64,000 nucleotides of DNA from Thermoanaerobaculia bacterium (GCA_049284515.1 JBAPYB010000030.1:15345-79344), one strand, 5' to 3'. Counted from the first letter of the stretch, positions 43,605-55,566 are shown. Notes: generated by a model from the sequence alone, not told the origin. Program-made: numbers and translations.

Positions 43605-44224
43605 TCTCATCAGAACCTCAGGCTCTGATCACTGAACAGAGCGTCTTTCTCAACGTCCCTTTCGACCCTGAGTACGGTCCTCTCTTCATCGCGTTGGTCG
43701 CCGGCCTCGCGGCTCTCGGGCGTACGCCTCACTGCGTGCTCGAGGTTCCCAGCGACGGCAGGAACAGATTGGAGAGGATCTTCAGTCTCATTGCAGGCTG
43801 CGGTTCGTCCATTCACGACTTGAGCCGCGTTACGCTCTCCGGGGACCTGAAGGTCCCTCGATTCAACATGCCGTTCGAGTTGGGAATGGCCTATGCCCTT
43901 GGTCAACTACGGTCCCACAGCTTCTTCATCCTGGAGGAGAAACCGCTTCGCCTTCAGGCGAGCCTCAGTGACCTGAACGGCCACGATCCCCACATTCATG
44001 GCGGAGATCCGCCTGGAATCCTCCGCTGTGTTCTCGATTGCTTCGGCACCCCATTGGCTGCGCCACCTCTTTCAGCACTGGAGTCGCTGAATCGCCGGCT
44101 GACAATCACTGCAAAGAAGCTCCAGAGGGACCACCGGACCGACGGTCCGTTCCATCCGTTCCTTTTCCGTCAGCTCGCCGGAGCGGCTACCCAGAGCGCC
44201 CGCGCACGAGGGCTGATTCGGTAG
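43601..44224 (+). CDS. Hypothetical protein with nucleoside 2-deoxyribosyltransferase-like (SLOG/TIR-like) features
   Basis: SVFLNVPFDPEY...NMPFELGMAYALG resembles the NDT fold core (YLAGPFF...E.G.A.A.GKP). No ATG: the in-frame region is open from 43565 with a CTG at 43601 and a TTG at 43694. Confidence 0.45.
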   Translation: MISSEPQALITEQSVFLNVPFDPEYGPLFIALVAGLAALGRTPHCVLEVPSDGRNRLERIFSLIAGCGSSIHDLSRVTLSGDLKVPRFNMPFELGMAYALGQLRSHSFFILEEKPLRLQASLSDLNGHDPHIHGGDPPGILRCVLDCFGTPLAAPPLSALESLNRRLTITAKKLQRDHRTDGPFHPFLFRQLAGAATQSARARGLIR

Positions 44225-44401
44225 AGCTCCGCCGCTTCGAGGTCTTGCTGTTCTCCCTCTTCTCCCGGCCGGCGGGGGGGAGGCTGGGAGAAGAGGGCCG
44301 GGGTGATGAGGGCCTCGGCGATACCCTCGGCACCGTAGTCTCATCTTTCCCCTGAACGCCCCCGGAAGCCCGCCGCCCTCTCCGGTGTTATCGTGGACGG
44401 T

Positions 44402-44735
44402 ATGGCCGAGTGGGATTTTGACCGGGAACGCGAGGAGGAGCTCGGCGTCCAGGAGCGGCGCAAGCACAAGCGTCCCGGCCGGTGGAAGGTGCTGCTCCAC
44501 AACGACGAGTTCACCACCATGGACTTCGTCGTCCACGTCCTGTTGAAGCACTTCCACAAGCCGCCCGCCGAGGCGACCCACATCATGCTGCAAGTCCACC
44601 AGAAGGGAATCGGCGTGGCGGGGATATATTCCAAGGAAGTGGCGGAGACCAAGGTGGCCGAGGCCACCGACGAGGCGCGGGACCACGGCATGCCGCTCCT
44701 GCTGACCGCCGAGCCCGTCGAGGAAGACGAGGAAG

Positions 44736-44740
<5 letters not shown>
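44402..44740 (+). CDS. clpS: ATP-dependent Clp protease adaptor ClpS
   Basis: KVLLHNDEFTTMDFVVHVL core motif. Stop overlaps the clpA ATG (ATGA). Confidence 0.85.
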
Positions 44741-47025
<2,285 letters not shown>

Positions 47026-47034
47026 AGCGGGAAT

Positions 47035-47826
47035 TTACCTGGATCGCTCTGCAAGCAGAGCTCGCAGCCGTGCAAGCTCGGCCTCTGCCGCGTCCGCGCG
47101 CTGGCGTTCGTGCTCAGCCCTCTGGAATTGCGCCTTGGCCTGTTGGCGTTCAGCGTCGGCCCGCCGGCGCTCCTCCTCGGCTCGCTCCTCGTCCGTGGGT
47201 ATCAGGCTGCCGTCTGGACGGAAAAGCCGGACCCAGTCGCCCTTCCGCCGCTTCACCACTCCGTGCCAGAGGCCGAAGGAGACTCCGAGCTGTTCGCTCC
47301 AGAGCCGGCCGTCCTCATCGGGCTGGATCGGCCGGTAGAAGCGGTCCGCCAGACGCAGACCTTCCACCGTCCCCGCGTCCGGATCGCACAGGAAGTACTC
47401 CGCCGTGCGGAAGACGCGAGCGTAGAGGTCTCGCTTCTCGGTGCGGTCCTTGTTCGCGGTGGAAGGGGAGAGAAGCTCGACGATGACGTCCGGCAGCCGC
47501 CCGCCCTCCTCCCAGGAGATCCAGACCTTACGCTCGCGGTCCGGATCGACGCCGCCCACCCAGAACACGTCCGGTCCGCGGAAGGCCCGCCACGGCAATC
47601 CCTTCGTCATCTCCTCCGAAACCGCCCGCGCCTGCTCCAAGGAGAAATAGACGAACATGTTGCTCCCGACGTAGAAGTCGGTCCTGCCCTGCTCGGCCAT
47701 GGCTTGGCCAATCAGCTCGCTCAGAAGAGGGTGCTCCAAGGTATGCCACTCGGTCTCCAAGGGCTCTCCGTCGTCGTAGACGAGCTCGAAGGGTAGAGAC
47801 GCGAGCGCGGCGGCTGGCTGGCTCAT
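47035..47826 (-). CDS. Uma2-family (DUF820) endonuclease with a C-terminal Arg/Glu-rich coiled-coil tail
   Basis: MSQPAAALASLPFELVYDDGEPLE...PDVIVELLSPSTANKDRTEKRDLYARVFRTAEYFLCDPD is the PD-(D/E)xK Uma2 core. Confidence 0.75.
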   Translation of the reverse strand: MSQPAAALASLPFELVYDDGEPLETEWHTLEHPLLSELIGQAMAEQGRTDFYVGSNMFVYFSLEQARAVSEEMTKGLPWRAFRGPDVFWVGGVDPDRERKVWISWEEGGRLPDVIVELLSPSTANKDRTEKRDLYARVFRTAEYFLCDPDAGTVEGLRLADRFYRPIQPDEDGRLWSEQLGVSFGLWHGVVKRRKGDWVRLFRPDGSLIPTDEERAEEERRRADAERQQAKAQFQRAEHERQRADAAEAELARLRALLAERSR

Positions 47827-48248
47827 GGGGATGCTCCCTTGCGGAGTCGTTGTTTGCGAGGATCTTATTGCGCAGGGCCGGCAAAGGGAAGAGGGAGGCG
47901 AGCCCTGCGATCCTTCTCCTAGCCGACAGGATAGCACGGGAGGATTGTGGGAACGGCGGGAGAATTGGGGGGACGAGACATCCCGAAGTCGGCTCCATGG
48001 CTGAGGACCGAGAAGTAGATCACCCGGCAAAGTTGGATCACCATCTACGCCTTGTTCCCGTCACCCGGAAGACCCGGGCGTAGTGTCAGACCAGGATGGT
48101 CAGGTCAAGACCCTAGCTCCAGGCCGACCGAAGAGATTCCTCGGAGAACGTAGGAATGGCGACAGCGGGTGTGGAGGATGGGAAATCGTGTGCAGTGTGC
48201 GGGAATTGAGTCCAAGGCTGTAGAATCTCTCCAGAGGAGGCAAAAGAC

Positions 48249-48314
48249 ATGCCCACAGCCAAAGTCTTCCACAGCGGCAACAGCCAGGCCGTCCAACTAC
48301 CCAAAGCTGAATGA
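48249..48314 (+). pseudogene. Truncated AbrB/MazE-type antitoxin (vapB-like) N-terminus, 21 codons then stop
   Basis: SD GGAGG followed by MPTAKVFHSGNSQAVQLPKAE*. Low-GC foreign DNA begins immediately after it. Confidence 0.55.
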
Positions 48315-48466
48315 CTCGAAGCGACTATTCCATGACTACCATGCTGAATTACTTCTCCGTTCGAGCCATGAGCATCGCAAATCGATTCCATACCTGGAAG
48401 GCGCAGCGGTCCGGGCCGCCCTTCGCGGAGCCGCGCAATTCGCCGTTCGGTCGCCTCCGAAAGGCA

Positions 48467-51400
48467 ATGTTCGTTATTTTCCTAATCTCTTCTTCGGCAG
48501 CCCTCCAACAGATGGGCTATGCGCAGGAATGGAGGCCAACACTCGTCCAACAGTCGGGCCACAGCGCCTCCGTCAATGCTTTGGCCTTTACGCCAGATTC
48601 CCACTCGCTAATCTCTGCCAGCCACGACTTTAGTGTCAGGCTGTGGGATCTGAGAACTGGCCGCGAAGTTCGTACCCTTGGAAAGCATACTCGCGAGGTC
48701 CTCACTCTCGCTATGTGTCCTGATGGCCGATGCGTCTTGTCCGGCTCGGCCGATAAGACCCTCAAGCTATGGGAAGTACCTAGCGGGCGATTGCTTCACA
48801 CTTTCGTTGGCCATACATCTGCAATTCATAATGCTGTTTTCACGGCCGATGGAAAGCAAATAATCTCAGCCGCAGGAGCAGCGCCTGCTGAAGAAAGCAG
48901 GCAATCGGACTTCACTGCGAGGATTTGGGACGCCAATACTGGGCAATTACTCAGAAAACTTGAAGGGCATCAAAAAATTGTCGCCAGTGCTGCCCTGAGC
49001 CAAGACGGTCGACTAATCGCCACTGGGAGCTTCGACGCCACGATCAAGATTTGGAGTTTCGCAACAGGTAAGCTTATTCGCACCATCGATGGCTTCAGCC
49101 CGGGAGGCGTGAGAGCACAGTTTACGCATGACGGTTGCTGTCTTCTATCCGCGAGCAAAGGGCGCCTCGAATTATTAGACATAGGCACAGGCCAACATCT
49201 GAGAATCCTCGCAGAAGATCCATTGCCTTATCAGCTCGCGCTGAATCCCACGACGCCTCAAGTGGCTTACGCCACAAGAAACATACTGAAGATTCTAGAC
49301 CTCAGGACCAACCGTTTGGTAGCAACCTTTCCAGGGCCGGAAAAATTAATTGTCGAGTCCATTGCGTTCAGCCCTGACGGGAAAGAAGTGGCTTCAGGCT
49401 ACTCTAATGGTACTATCAAATTGTGGAATGTTCAGGACCGAAAGGAAATCTGGGAACTGCGCGGCTACACGTCGGAGGTGTCTAGTGTCGCAGTAAGCAG
49501 CGATGGGCACTGGATAGCATCTGGGAACGAGGACTCGTCAGTCAGAGTATGGGACACGGTTTCTGGTCTGATGAAATGGAAGCTCAAGAGCGAGAATCGT
49601 GACACTCGCGCGCTGATCTTTAGTCCCGACAATCGCTCGCTAGTGACGGCTGGCGGCGATCCTTCAGACAAGGTTGAGGACAGACCCATAGAGGTATGGG
49701 ACATTCGCACAGGCGCCAAGCTATTCTCTTTGGATTTCCATGTCGCCAGAGTGCAGTCCCTTGCCTTTAGCCCCAACGGAAAATGGCTGGCCTCCGCGGC
49801 AGGGACCTCCGCAAAAATCTGGGATATTGTGAGCCGCAAGGAGGTCCAGACTCTCAGCCCGGTAAATCAAATAGTAGGCTTCACCAAAGATAGCCAGCGA
49901 ATTGTAACTGGTGGCACGGACAACAACCTTACGCTTTGGGAGATTTCAACCGGAAGAGCAGTGAGTCGCTTACCTAACGTGGGGTGGGCTCGCTCAATGA
50001 GCCAGAATGGGCATTGGTTAGCCTCGCTGGGTTGGGATAAAGAGTTTAAACTTTTTAACCTCCAGGATGGGCGCACGTTTACTCTAAGCGGCCATCATGA
50101 CTTTGTCTACGACCTCGCCTTTAGTCCCGACAGCAAACTATTGGCTTCATGTAGTTTCGATGGCGGGATCAAACTCTGGGATGTTTATACTCATCGCGAC
50201 CTTCGCACACTCTCAGGACACACATCGTGGGTATCTTCAATCAAGTTTAGCTCTGATGGTCGGTTACTATTCTCAGTTAGTCACGACGGCAGCCTGCGAA
50301 TCTGGGATGTAAGCAAGGGAAAACAACTCGTTTCCGTCATGGCGATGAGAGATACCGAGGACTGGCTCGCAGTCGCCCCCGACGGACTATTCGACGGCAC
50401 AGCCGAAGCGATGCAACGCGTTGCTTGGCGTTTAGGCCAGACTGATACTACGGTATCCCTAGAAAGCTTCTTCAGCGATTTCTTCCGACCCGGCTTAATC
50501 GGCGAGATTATAGCCGGCGAGCAACCGAAAGCGCAGGTTGATATCGCGACTCTCGTTCAAGTACCTGGGTTGCGACATATGCTGAGCCAGAACAGAGCAC
50601 ATCTTGAGATTCGCGCCGGCAAGGCCATTGTCTGCTTCGAGGAGCTCCCTGGTGTCGCGCTCGGCATTCCAGCCGGAGAGAGTGATCTACCCAGCGAGTC
50701 GCGGGGATTTAAAATAGTCCCAGACGACATTAGCTGTAAATACAGGAAGGAACTTGCGGATACGGGCGACGTACAAACCTTGGTGAAGAGCCTTCAGAGC
50801 TGGAAGCCGACTCCATTCGTGACGCAGTGGGACGGAAAGCTGTCGATCACCACGCGATCCACACTGCATATTCTGAGCATCGGAGTCGCGCAGTATCCTC
50901 GCGCATCCGGTCTTGATCCGCTTCCCTATGCGGTAAAGAGTGCTCAAGCCGTAGAGAAATTTTTCGTCCAACAAAAATCACTAGACCGGCGGGCGTATGC
51001 CCGGATTCGGGTGTGGCCGGGCTTGTATGACCAAGAAGCGAGCCGTGATTCCATCCGGAGAACTCTGGAGAAGATGTCTCAGGTAGTGGATGAGGACGAC
51101 GTGGTTGTTTTATATTTTGGAGGACATGGGCTGGTGACCCCTGAGGAGGAGATGTTTTACTTCATACCAAGCGATGGGCGAGTGAAGGAGATCCGAAACA
51201 CCGGACTTAACACAGCTAGCCTTGCTGAGGCATTACGGAGGATGCCTGCTCGGCGCATTGTACTGATTCTTGATACCTGTCAGTCGGGCGCGGCTGTGGA
51301 GGCCTTGAGTAAGATCGGCGAAGCAAAGGCGCGCCTTGAACAGCGACGTATGCACGATTCCTTGGGACCAGCGAACAGCCGGTCCGGAATAGGTGTTCAC

Positions 51401-51634
51401 GTAATCGCAGCAACGCTTCCCCTGGCCTATGCGGTGCAACTCCACTCAGACCAAAGCGCGCTGGTTGCGACACTACTTGGCTCGTTAAGTCAGCGATCTG
51501 GGCCTGTAACTGTGAGCGAGGTAATCCGAATTGTAAGACAACGCCTACCTGAGGCGTCTGAAAAGGAAGTGGGATTTCGCCAGGTACCGCTAGCCGACTC
51601 CGTTGGCTTGGATTTTCCACTAAGTTCAGAGTGA
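48467..51634 (+). CDS. WD40-repeat / caspase-like (peptidase C14) fusion protein with a predicted N-terminal signal or anchor
   Basis: About 14 WD40 repeats (e.g. GHTSAIHNAVFTADG, SGSADKTLKLWEV, LRIWDVSKGK). C-terminal C14 domain with VVVLYFGGHGL (His) and IVLILDTCQSGAAV (Cys). MFVIFLISSSAALQQMGYAQEW leader; the alternative ATG at 48311 adds 52 aa. Local GC about 50%. Confidence 0.8.
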   Translation: MFVIFLISSSAALQQMGYAQEWRPTLVQQSGHSASVNALAFTPDSHSLISASHDFSVRLWDLRTGREVRTLGKHTREVLTLAMCPDGRCVLSGSADKTLKLWEVPSGRLLHTFVGHTSAIHNAVFTADGKQIISAAGAAPAEESRQSDFTARIWDANTGQLLRKLEGHQKIVASAALSQDGRLIATGSFDATIKIWSFATGKLIRTIDGFSPGGVRAQFTHDGCCLLSASKGRLELLDIGTGQHLRILAEDPLPYQLALNPTTPQVAYATRNILKILDLRTNRLVATFPGPEKLIVESIAFSPDGKEVASGYSNGTIKLWNVQDRKEIWELRGYTSEVSSVAVSSDGHWIASGNEDSSVRVWDTVSGLMKWKLKSENRDTRALIFSPDNRSLVTAGGDPSDKVEDRPIEVWDIRTGAKLFSLDFHVARVQSLAFSPNGKWLASAAGTSAKIWDIVSRKEVQTLSPVNQIVGFTKDSQRIVTGGTDNNLTLWEISTGRAVSRLPNVGWARSMSQNGHWLASLGWDKEFKLFNLQDGRTFTLSGHHDFVYDLAFSPDSKLLASCSFDGGIKLWDVYTHRDLRTLSGHTSWVSSIKFSSDGRLLFSVSHDGSLRIWDVSKGKQLVSVMAMRDTEDWLAVAPDGLFDGTAEAMQRVAWRLGQTDTTVSLESFFSDFFRPGLIGEIIAGEQPKAQVDIATLVQVPGLRHMLSQNRAHLEIRAGKAIVCFEELPGVALGIPAGESDLPSESRGFKIVPDDISCKYRKELADTGDVQTLVKSLQSWKPTPFVTQWDGKLSITTRSTLHILSIGVAQYPRASGLDPLPYAVKSAQAVEKFFVQQKSLDRRAYARIRVWPGLYDQEASRDSIRRTLEKMSQVVDEDDVVVLYFGGHGLVTPEEEMFYFIPSDGRVKEIRNTGLNTASLAEALRRMPARRIVLILDTCQSGAAVEALSKIGEAKARLEQRRMHDSLGPANSRSGIGVHVIAATLPLAYAVQLHSDQSALVATLLGSLSQRSGPVTVSEVIRIVRQRLPEASEKEVGFRQVPLADSVGLDFPLSSE

Positions 51635-51699
51635 ACGGCGGCTTCACTTGATCGCTAGCCTATGTTACACTTCAGCCCCTGATGCGACAAGGAGATTGC

Positions 51700-52467
51700 A
51701 TGTCCACTAAAGCCCAAGTTGTCCAGGCCGTTATAGGAATAGTAGTCGTCCTAGTCCTAGTCGTCGCGGCAATCGGTGGCGCCGACCCTCAGACCGGCCT
51801 TGGAACGGCCACAGGGACGAGTAACGTTCAAGTGATCCGAGTCGTTAAGGTCCTACCCAACAGTGATTCAGCCTACTCTATCGAATATAGCTTCTACTTT
51901 CCCGGGCGAGATTTCGTCCATATCAAAAATCTCGGCATCGTCCCCGGGCGAGGGAGGTTTCACTACATAACCCATGAGCGCGAACTCGATTTTCGTGACG
52001 TCGCCAGTGACGACATCCTCCAGCGTGTGCCGTTCTCAGAAACAGTTATCGCGGCCGGAGAGCCTCCTTCAAGCGTAATACCCCGGGAATCGGAGTTCCC
52101 TCCAGAGTTCCGCTCCTTCCCTTGGAGTTCTGCTAGTTCCTTGCAGGAGCGCGCCAATACTGTCCTCAATAAGTATTTTCGCTATTGGCCGCGAGAATTT
52201 GACAAGAAGATTTATTTGACAACAACTTTTACCCCCTTAGAGTTGCGAAAACTTCCGCCCGAAGTTCTTGGACAGGTATCTATATTGCTTTCTTTTCCCT
52301 ATGACACCACGGATCGCGGCTTTTCGTTCCACGTTCAGTCGATTGTGCGTGAAGGCCGAACTCATTCAGATGATTTACGGCAGACTAAGGACGCGACCAT
52401 CATAGCTACCGCAAATCAACTCGTTGACCAACTTGTAAATGAGATAAGGAGTGGCCTAAATCGATGA
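51700..52467 (+). CDS. Membrane-anchored hypothetical protein (N-terminal TM, about 220-aa extracytoplasmic domain)
   Basis: SD AAGGAG 6 nt before the ATG; hydrophobic stretch VIGIVVVLVLVVAAIGG. No family recognised. Same low-GC island. Confidence 0.65.
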   Translation: MSTKAQVVQAVIGIVVVLVLVVAAIGGADPQTGLGTATGTSNVQVIRVVKVLPNSDSAYSIEYSFYFPGRDFVHIKNLGIVPGRGRFHYITHERELDFRDVASDDILQRVPFSETVIAAGEPPSSVIPRESEFPPEFRSFPWSSASSLQERANTVLNKYFRYWPREFDKKIYLTTTFTPLELRKLPPEVLGQVSILLSFPYDTTDRGFSFHVQSIVREGRTHSDDLRQTKDATIIATANQLVDQLVNEIRSGLNR

Positions 52468-52877
52468 CCACAAGGCGCGTGCAGACTGCTTTGCTCTTTG
52501 TTTTCGCCGGCTCCTTCGTTGTGCAAGTAACGGCGTTTTTCGCTGTCAGTCTCAGTATGTGGCCAGAGGATCTCCGAAAGATCCTGACAACCTTGTTCGC
52601 GGTATACTCTATCCCCTTGGCAGTCATAATTGGTGGACTGTTCGCGCAGCCGAAGAAGCAATCTAAAGGGCCTGTCGCCGGGTTTTTGGCCTGGTCTGCG
52701 ATTCTGTTGTCCATAGTATGGAACTCGCTGTTTCTGTGGAGATCGGTCTCTTTCAGCGTCGCTATCCGCGACTCACCTAGCGATGTCATTGACTTTATGA
52801 ACTCGGTTTCAATGGCCGCCTCATTCCTAGTCGCGGGACTCCTAGCCTTCTTTTTTGCTAGAAAGGAGAGCCCGTAA
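52464..52877 (+). CDS. Small integral membrane protein (4 predicted TM)
   Basis: ATG overlaps the upstream stop (ATGA coupling); four hydrophobic helices; low GC. Confidence 0.6.
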   Translation: MTTRRVQTALLFVFAGSFVVQVTAFFAVSLSMWPEDLRKILTTLFAVYSIPLAVIIGGLFAQPKKQSKGPVAGFLAWSAILLSIVWNSLFLWRSVSFSVAIRDSPSDVIDFMNSVSMAASFLVAGLLAFFFARKESP

Positions 52878-53283
52878 TAGGGACTTCCTTCTCTTGTCTT
52901 CTCTGGCGGCGGGCCCGCAGGACGAGTCCCAAAGTCCCGCGTAGACGGAGGCCAAGAGTCTCTGCACACCTCCGGCCCTCGAGATCGTCGATGATCGCAA
53001 GACAGCCCGGGTGGGACAGCGCCCAGGCGATCACCGAAGACTCGCCCGGCCCGAGGTCCCAGCCCAAGACCTCTCCCGGAATACTGGCTGCCTCAACCTG
53101 ACGCAGCCATGGAGTCTCAGCGAGCGCACAAGCCGCAGGATCGGAGGAACCGCGAGCCGCGACCTCGGCGGCGACGGCCCTCGGGATCAACACCTCGGGA
53201 GGTGCGAGTTGGAAAAGATGGAGGAACTGGGTACGGGCGAGATAGATGAGCGGAGAGGCGTTGACGACCGCCGTCTCACTCAT
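52858..53283 (-). CDS. DUF3368 PIN-like toxin of a UPF0175/DUF3368 type II TA pair
   Basis: MSETAVVNASPLIYLARTQFLHLF...; overlaps the antitoxin by 8 nt. Confidence 0.65.
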   Translation of the reverse strand: MSETAVVNASPLIYLARTQFLHLFQLAPPEVLIPRAVAAEVAARGSSDPAACALAETPWLRQVEAASIPGEVLGWDLGPGESSVIAWALSHPGCLAIIDDLEGRRCAETLGLRLRGTLGLVLRARRQRRQEKEVPITGSPF

Positions 53284-53527
53284 CCGCCAGCTCCCTACGT
53301 AGGGACTGGAAATCGACCACGAAAGCATCGACGCCCTCGCGGGCCAGAGCGAGAAGGAAGTCCGTCCGATCCAGATCCGCCAGTTGGGCGGCACGCTCTT
53401 GGGAGATCTTGCCCTGAGAATACCAGTGGATGGCCGCTGCAAGCCGCAGCTCTCGGGCCAACTCGTGTGGCGAGCGTCGCAGGGAGGCGCAGACCTCTGA
53501 AGGTATCGTGAGCTGGATCGTCATCAT
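53276..53527 (-). CDS. UPF0175-family antitoxin
   Basis: 83 aa; ...ISQERAAQLADLDRTDFLLALAREGV... is typical of UPF0175. Confidence 0.65.
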   Translation of the reverse strand: MMTIQLTIPSEVCASLRRSPHELARELRLAAAIHWYSQGKISQERAAQLADLDRTDFLLALAREGVDAFVVDFQSLRRELADE

Positions 53528-53706
53528 CGTGTCCCAAAGGCCGTCTAGGCATCCACCATCCTAGCAGAACGCAGGCTTCAAGGCCACGACGAGAGACCCT
53601 CCTGAGGGAAAAGCCAGGGTTGGTTCGTTGGTTCAAGGATATGCCTCTTTTGATGCTCTCGCGAGATCCTGCCTTACAATCCCTCAGATTCCCAAGGAGA
53701 CCTCCC

Positions 53707-55497
53707 GTGCCCGAGCCCATTCGCCGTGCCGCGCTGTTCGTCATCCTTCTTCTCGCCTTCGCCGCCACGTCCCCGGCAGCCCCAGAGGCCGCAAAAGAAC
53801 CGGACGTGGACCTCCAGTGGGGCGTCCGCATCCCGATGCGCGACGGCGTCGAGCTGGCCGCCACGGTGTACCGGCCGGCCAAGCAGAAGGACCCGTTGCC
53901 GGTCATCTTTACGCTGACGCCCTACATCGGCGACAGCTATCACCCGCGGGCGATGTACTTCGCCCGTCACGGTTACGTCTATGTCCTGGTCGACGTGCGG
54001 GGACGGGGGAGCTCCGGCGGCACGTTCGATCCCTTCGCCCAGGAGAGCCACGACGGCTACGACGCCGTCGAGTGGCTTGCCCGCCAGAGCTGGTCCAACG
54101 GCAAGGTGGCGACGTGGGGCGGCTCGTACGCCGGCTACGATCAGTGGGCGACGGCGAAGGAGCTGCCTCCCCACCTGGCTACCTTCGTTCCCGTCGCCTC
54201 CGTCCATCCGGGGATCGATTACCCGGATCCCAAAAACATCTTCCTTTCCTACGACACGCAATGGCTGACCTTCACCGGCGGCAAGACGGGCAACGCCCTC
54301 CTGTTCGGCGACTCCTCCTACTGGATCCAAAAATACCTCGAGATGTATCGCGGTCACCTTCCCTTCCGCGAGCTCGACCGGATCGTGGGTAACCCGAACC
54401 CGGCGTTTCAGCGGTGGCTCGCTCACCCCTCGTATGACGACTTCTGGAAAGCCATGGTGCCCACGCGGGAGCAGTATGCCAAGCTCAATATCCCGATCCT
54501 CACGATCACCGGTCACTACGACGGCGATCAGGGCGGGGCACTCACCTATTACCGCAATCACATGCGGGAAGCGTCGCCCACGGAGCGTGACCGCCACTAC
54601 CTCATCATCGGCCCGTGGGACCATCCCGGCACCCGGACTCCGCGGCGCGAGGTGGGCGGCCTGACCTTCGGCGAGGCCAGCGTGCTCGACCTCAACGATT
54701 TGCACCGGCAGTGGTACGACTGGACGATGAAGAGCGGCACCAAGCCCGCCTTCCTCAAGAAGCGGGTGGCCTATTACGTGGTGGGGCCCGGAGCCGAGGA
54801 ATGGAAATACGCCGACTTCCTGGAAGAGATCGGCGCTCAGAAGCGCACCCTCTATCTCAGCTCAGACAACAGCCAGGTCCAGGACGCCTTCCACTCCGGC
54901 GGCCTCGCCGACGCCAAGCCCGCCGGGGCCGCGCAACCTGATCGCTGGGTCTATGACCCGTTGGACATTCGGCCAGGCGAAGAATTCGAGCACGACGGTG
55001 GCGAAGCTTATTTGACAGATCAGCGGTCGGTCCTCAACCTTTATGGCAACGGCGCCATCTATCACAGCGTCCCGTTCTCCGAAGCGACCGAGGTCTCGGG
55101 CCAGGTGAAGCTCTCCCTCTGGATCTCTCTCGACGTGCCCGACACCGATTTTCAGGCCACCCTCTACGAGATCCTTCCCGACGGCAAGAGTATTTACCTC
55201 ACCTCGGACTCACTGCGCGCCCGTTATCGCGATTCGCTGGAGAAAGAAACCCTGGTGCCGAAGGGCGAGATCGTGCACTATCAATTCAACGGCTTCACCT
55301 GGTTCTCCCGCAAGGTCTCCAAGGGCAGCCGCCTGCGCCTCGTCGTCGCCTGCCCCAACACCATCGGGCTCGAAAAGAACTACAACTCGGGCGGCGTAGT
55401 GGCCGATGAAACGGCCAAGGATGCACGCACGGCCCACGTCGTCCTCTACCACGACGCGGAGCACCCGAGCGCTCTGGAGATTCCAATCGTGAAGTGA
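53707..55497 (+). CDS. CocE/NonD-family hydrolase (S15 X-Pro dipeptidyl-peptidase-like), secreted; copy 1
   Basis: GTG start with SD AAGGAGA; GGSYAGY nucleophile motif; about 85% identical to copy 2. Confidence 0.8.
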   Translation: MPEPIRRAALFVILLLAFAATSPAAPEAAKEPDVDLQWGVRIPMRDGVELAATVYRPAKQKDPLPVIFTLTPYIGDSYHPRAMYFARHGYVYVLVDVRGRGSSGGTFDPFAQESHDGYDAVEWLARQSWSNGKVATWGGSYAGYDQWATAKELPPHLATFVPVASVHPGIDYPDPKNIFLSYDTQWLTFTGGKTGNALLFGDSSYWIQKYLEMYRGHLPFRELDRIVGNPNPAFQRWLAHPSYDDFWKAMVPTREQYAKLNIPILTITGHYDGDQGGALTYYRNHMREASPTERDRHYLIIGPWDHPGTRTPRREVGGLTFGEASVLDLNDLHRQWYDWTMKSGTKPAFLKKRVAYYVVGPGAEEWKYADFLEEIGAQKRTLYLSSDNSQVQDAFHSGGLADAKPAGAAQPDRWVYDPLDIRPGEEFEHDGGEAYLTDQRSVLNLYGNGAIYHSVPFSEATEVSGQVKLSLWISLDVPDTDFQATLYEILPDGKSIYLTSDSLRARYRDSLEKETLVPKGEIVHYQFNGFTWFSRKVSKGSRLRLVVACPNTIGLEKNYNSGGVVADETAKDARTAHVVLYHDAEHPSALEIPIVK

Positions 55498-55566
55498 AAT
55501 CCAGGCTGTAAGAATCTCCTCCCTGCCGCGTTTCCGTAAGGAGAACCAAGGGAGGAGACTGCGATG
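55498..55566 (+). promoter_or_regulatory. Conserved leader hairpin sequestering the M23 SD (also present at 58491..58559)
   Basis: tctcctccc ... gggaggaga 9-bp inverted repeat. The 3' arm is the SD for the M23 ATG; conserved in both duplicated units. Confidence 0.4.

Noticed and set aside
48105-48391. Small minus-strand ORFs at the island border
   Set aside because: Overlap the vapB remnant and WD40 gene start; no SD and no features; likely spurious.
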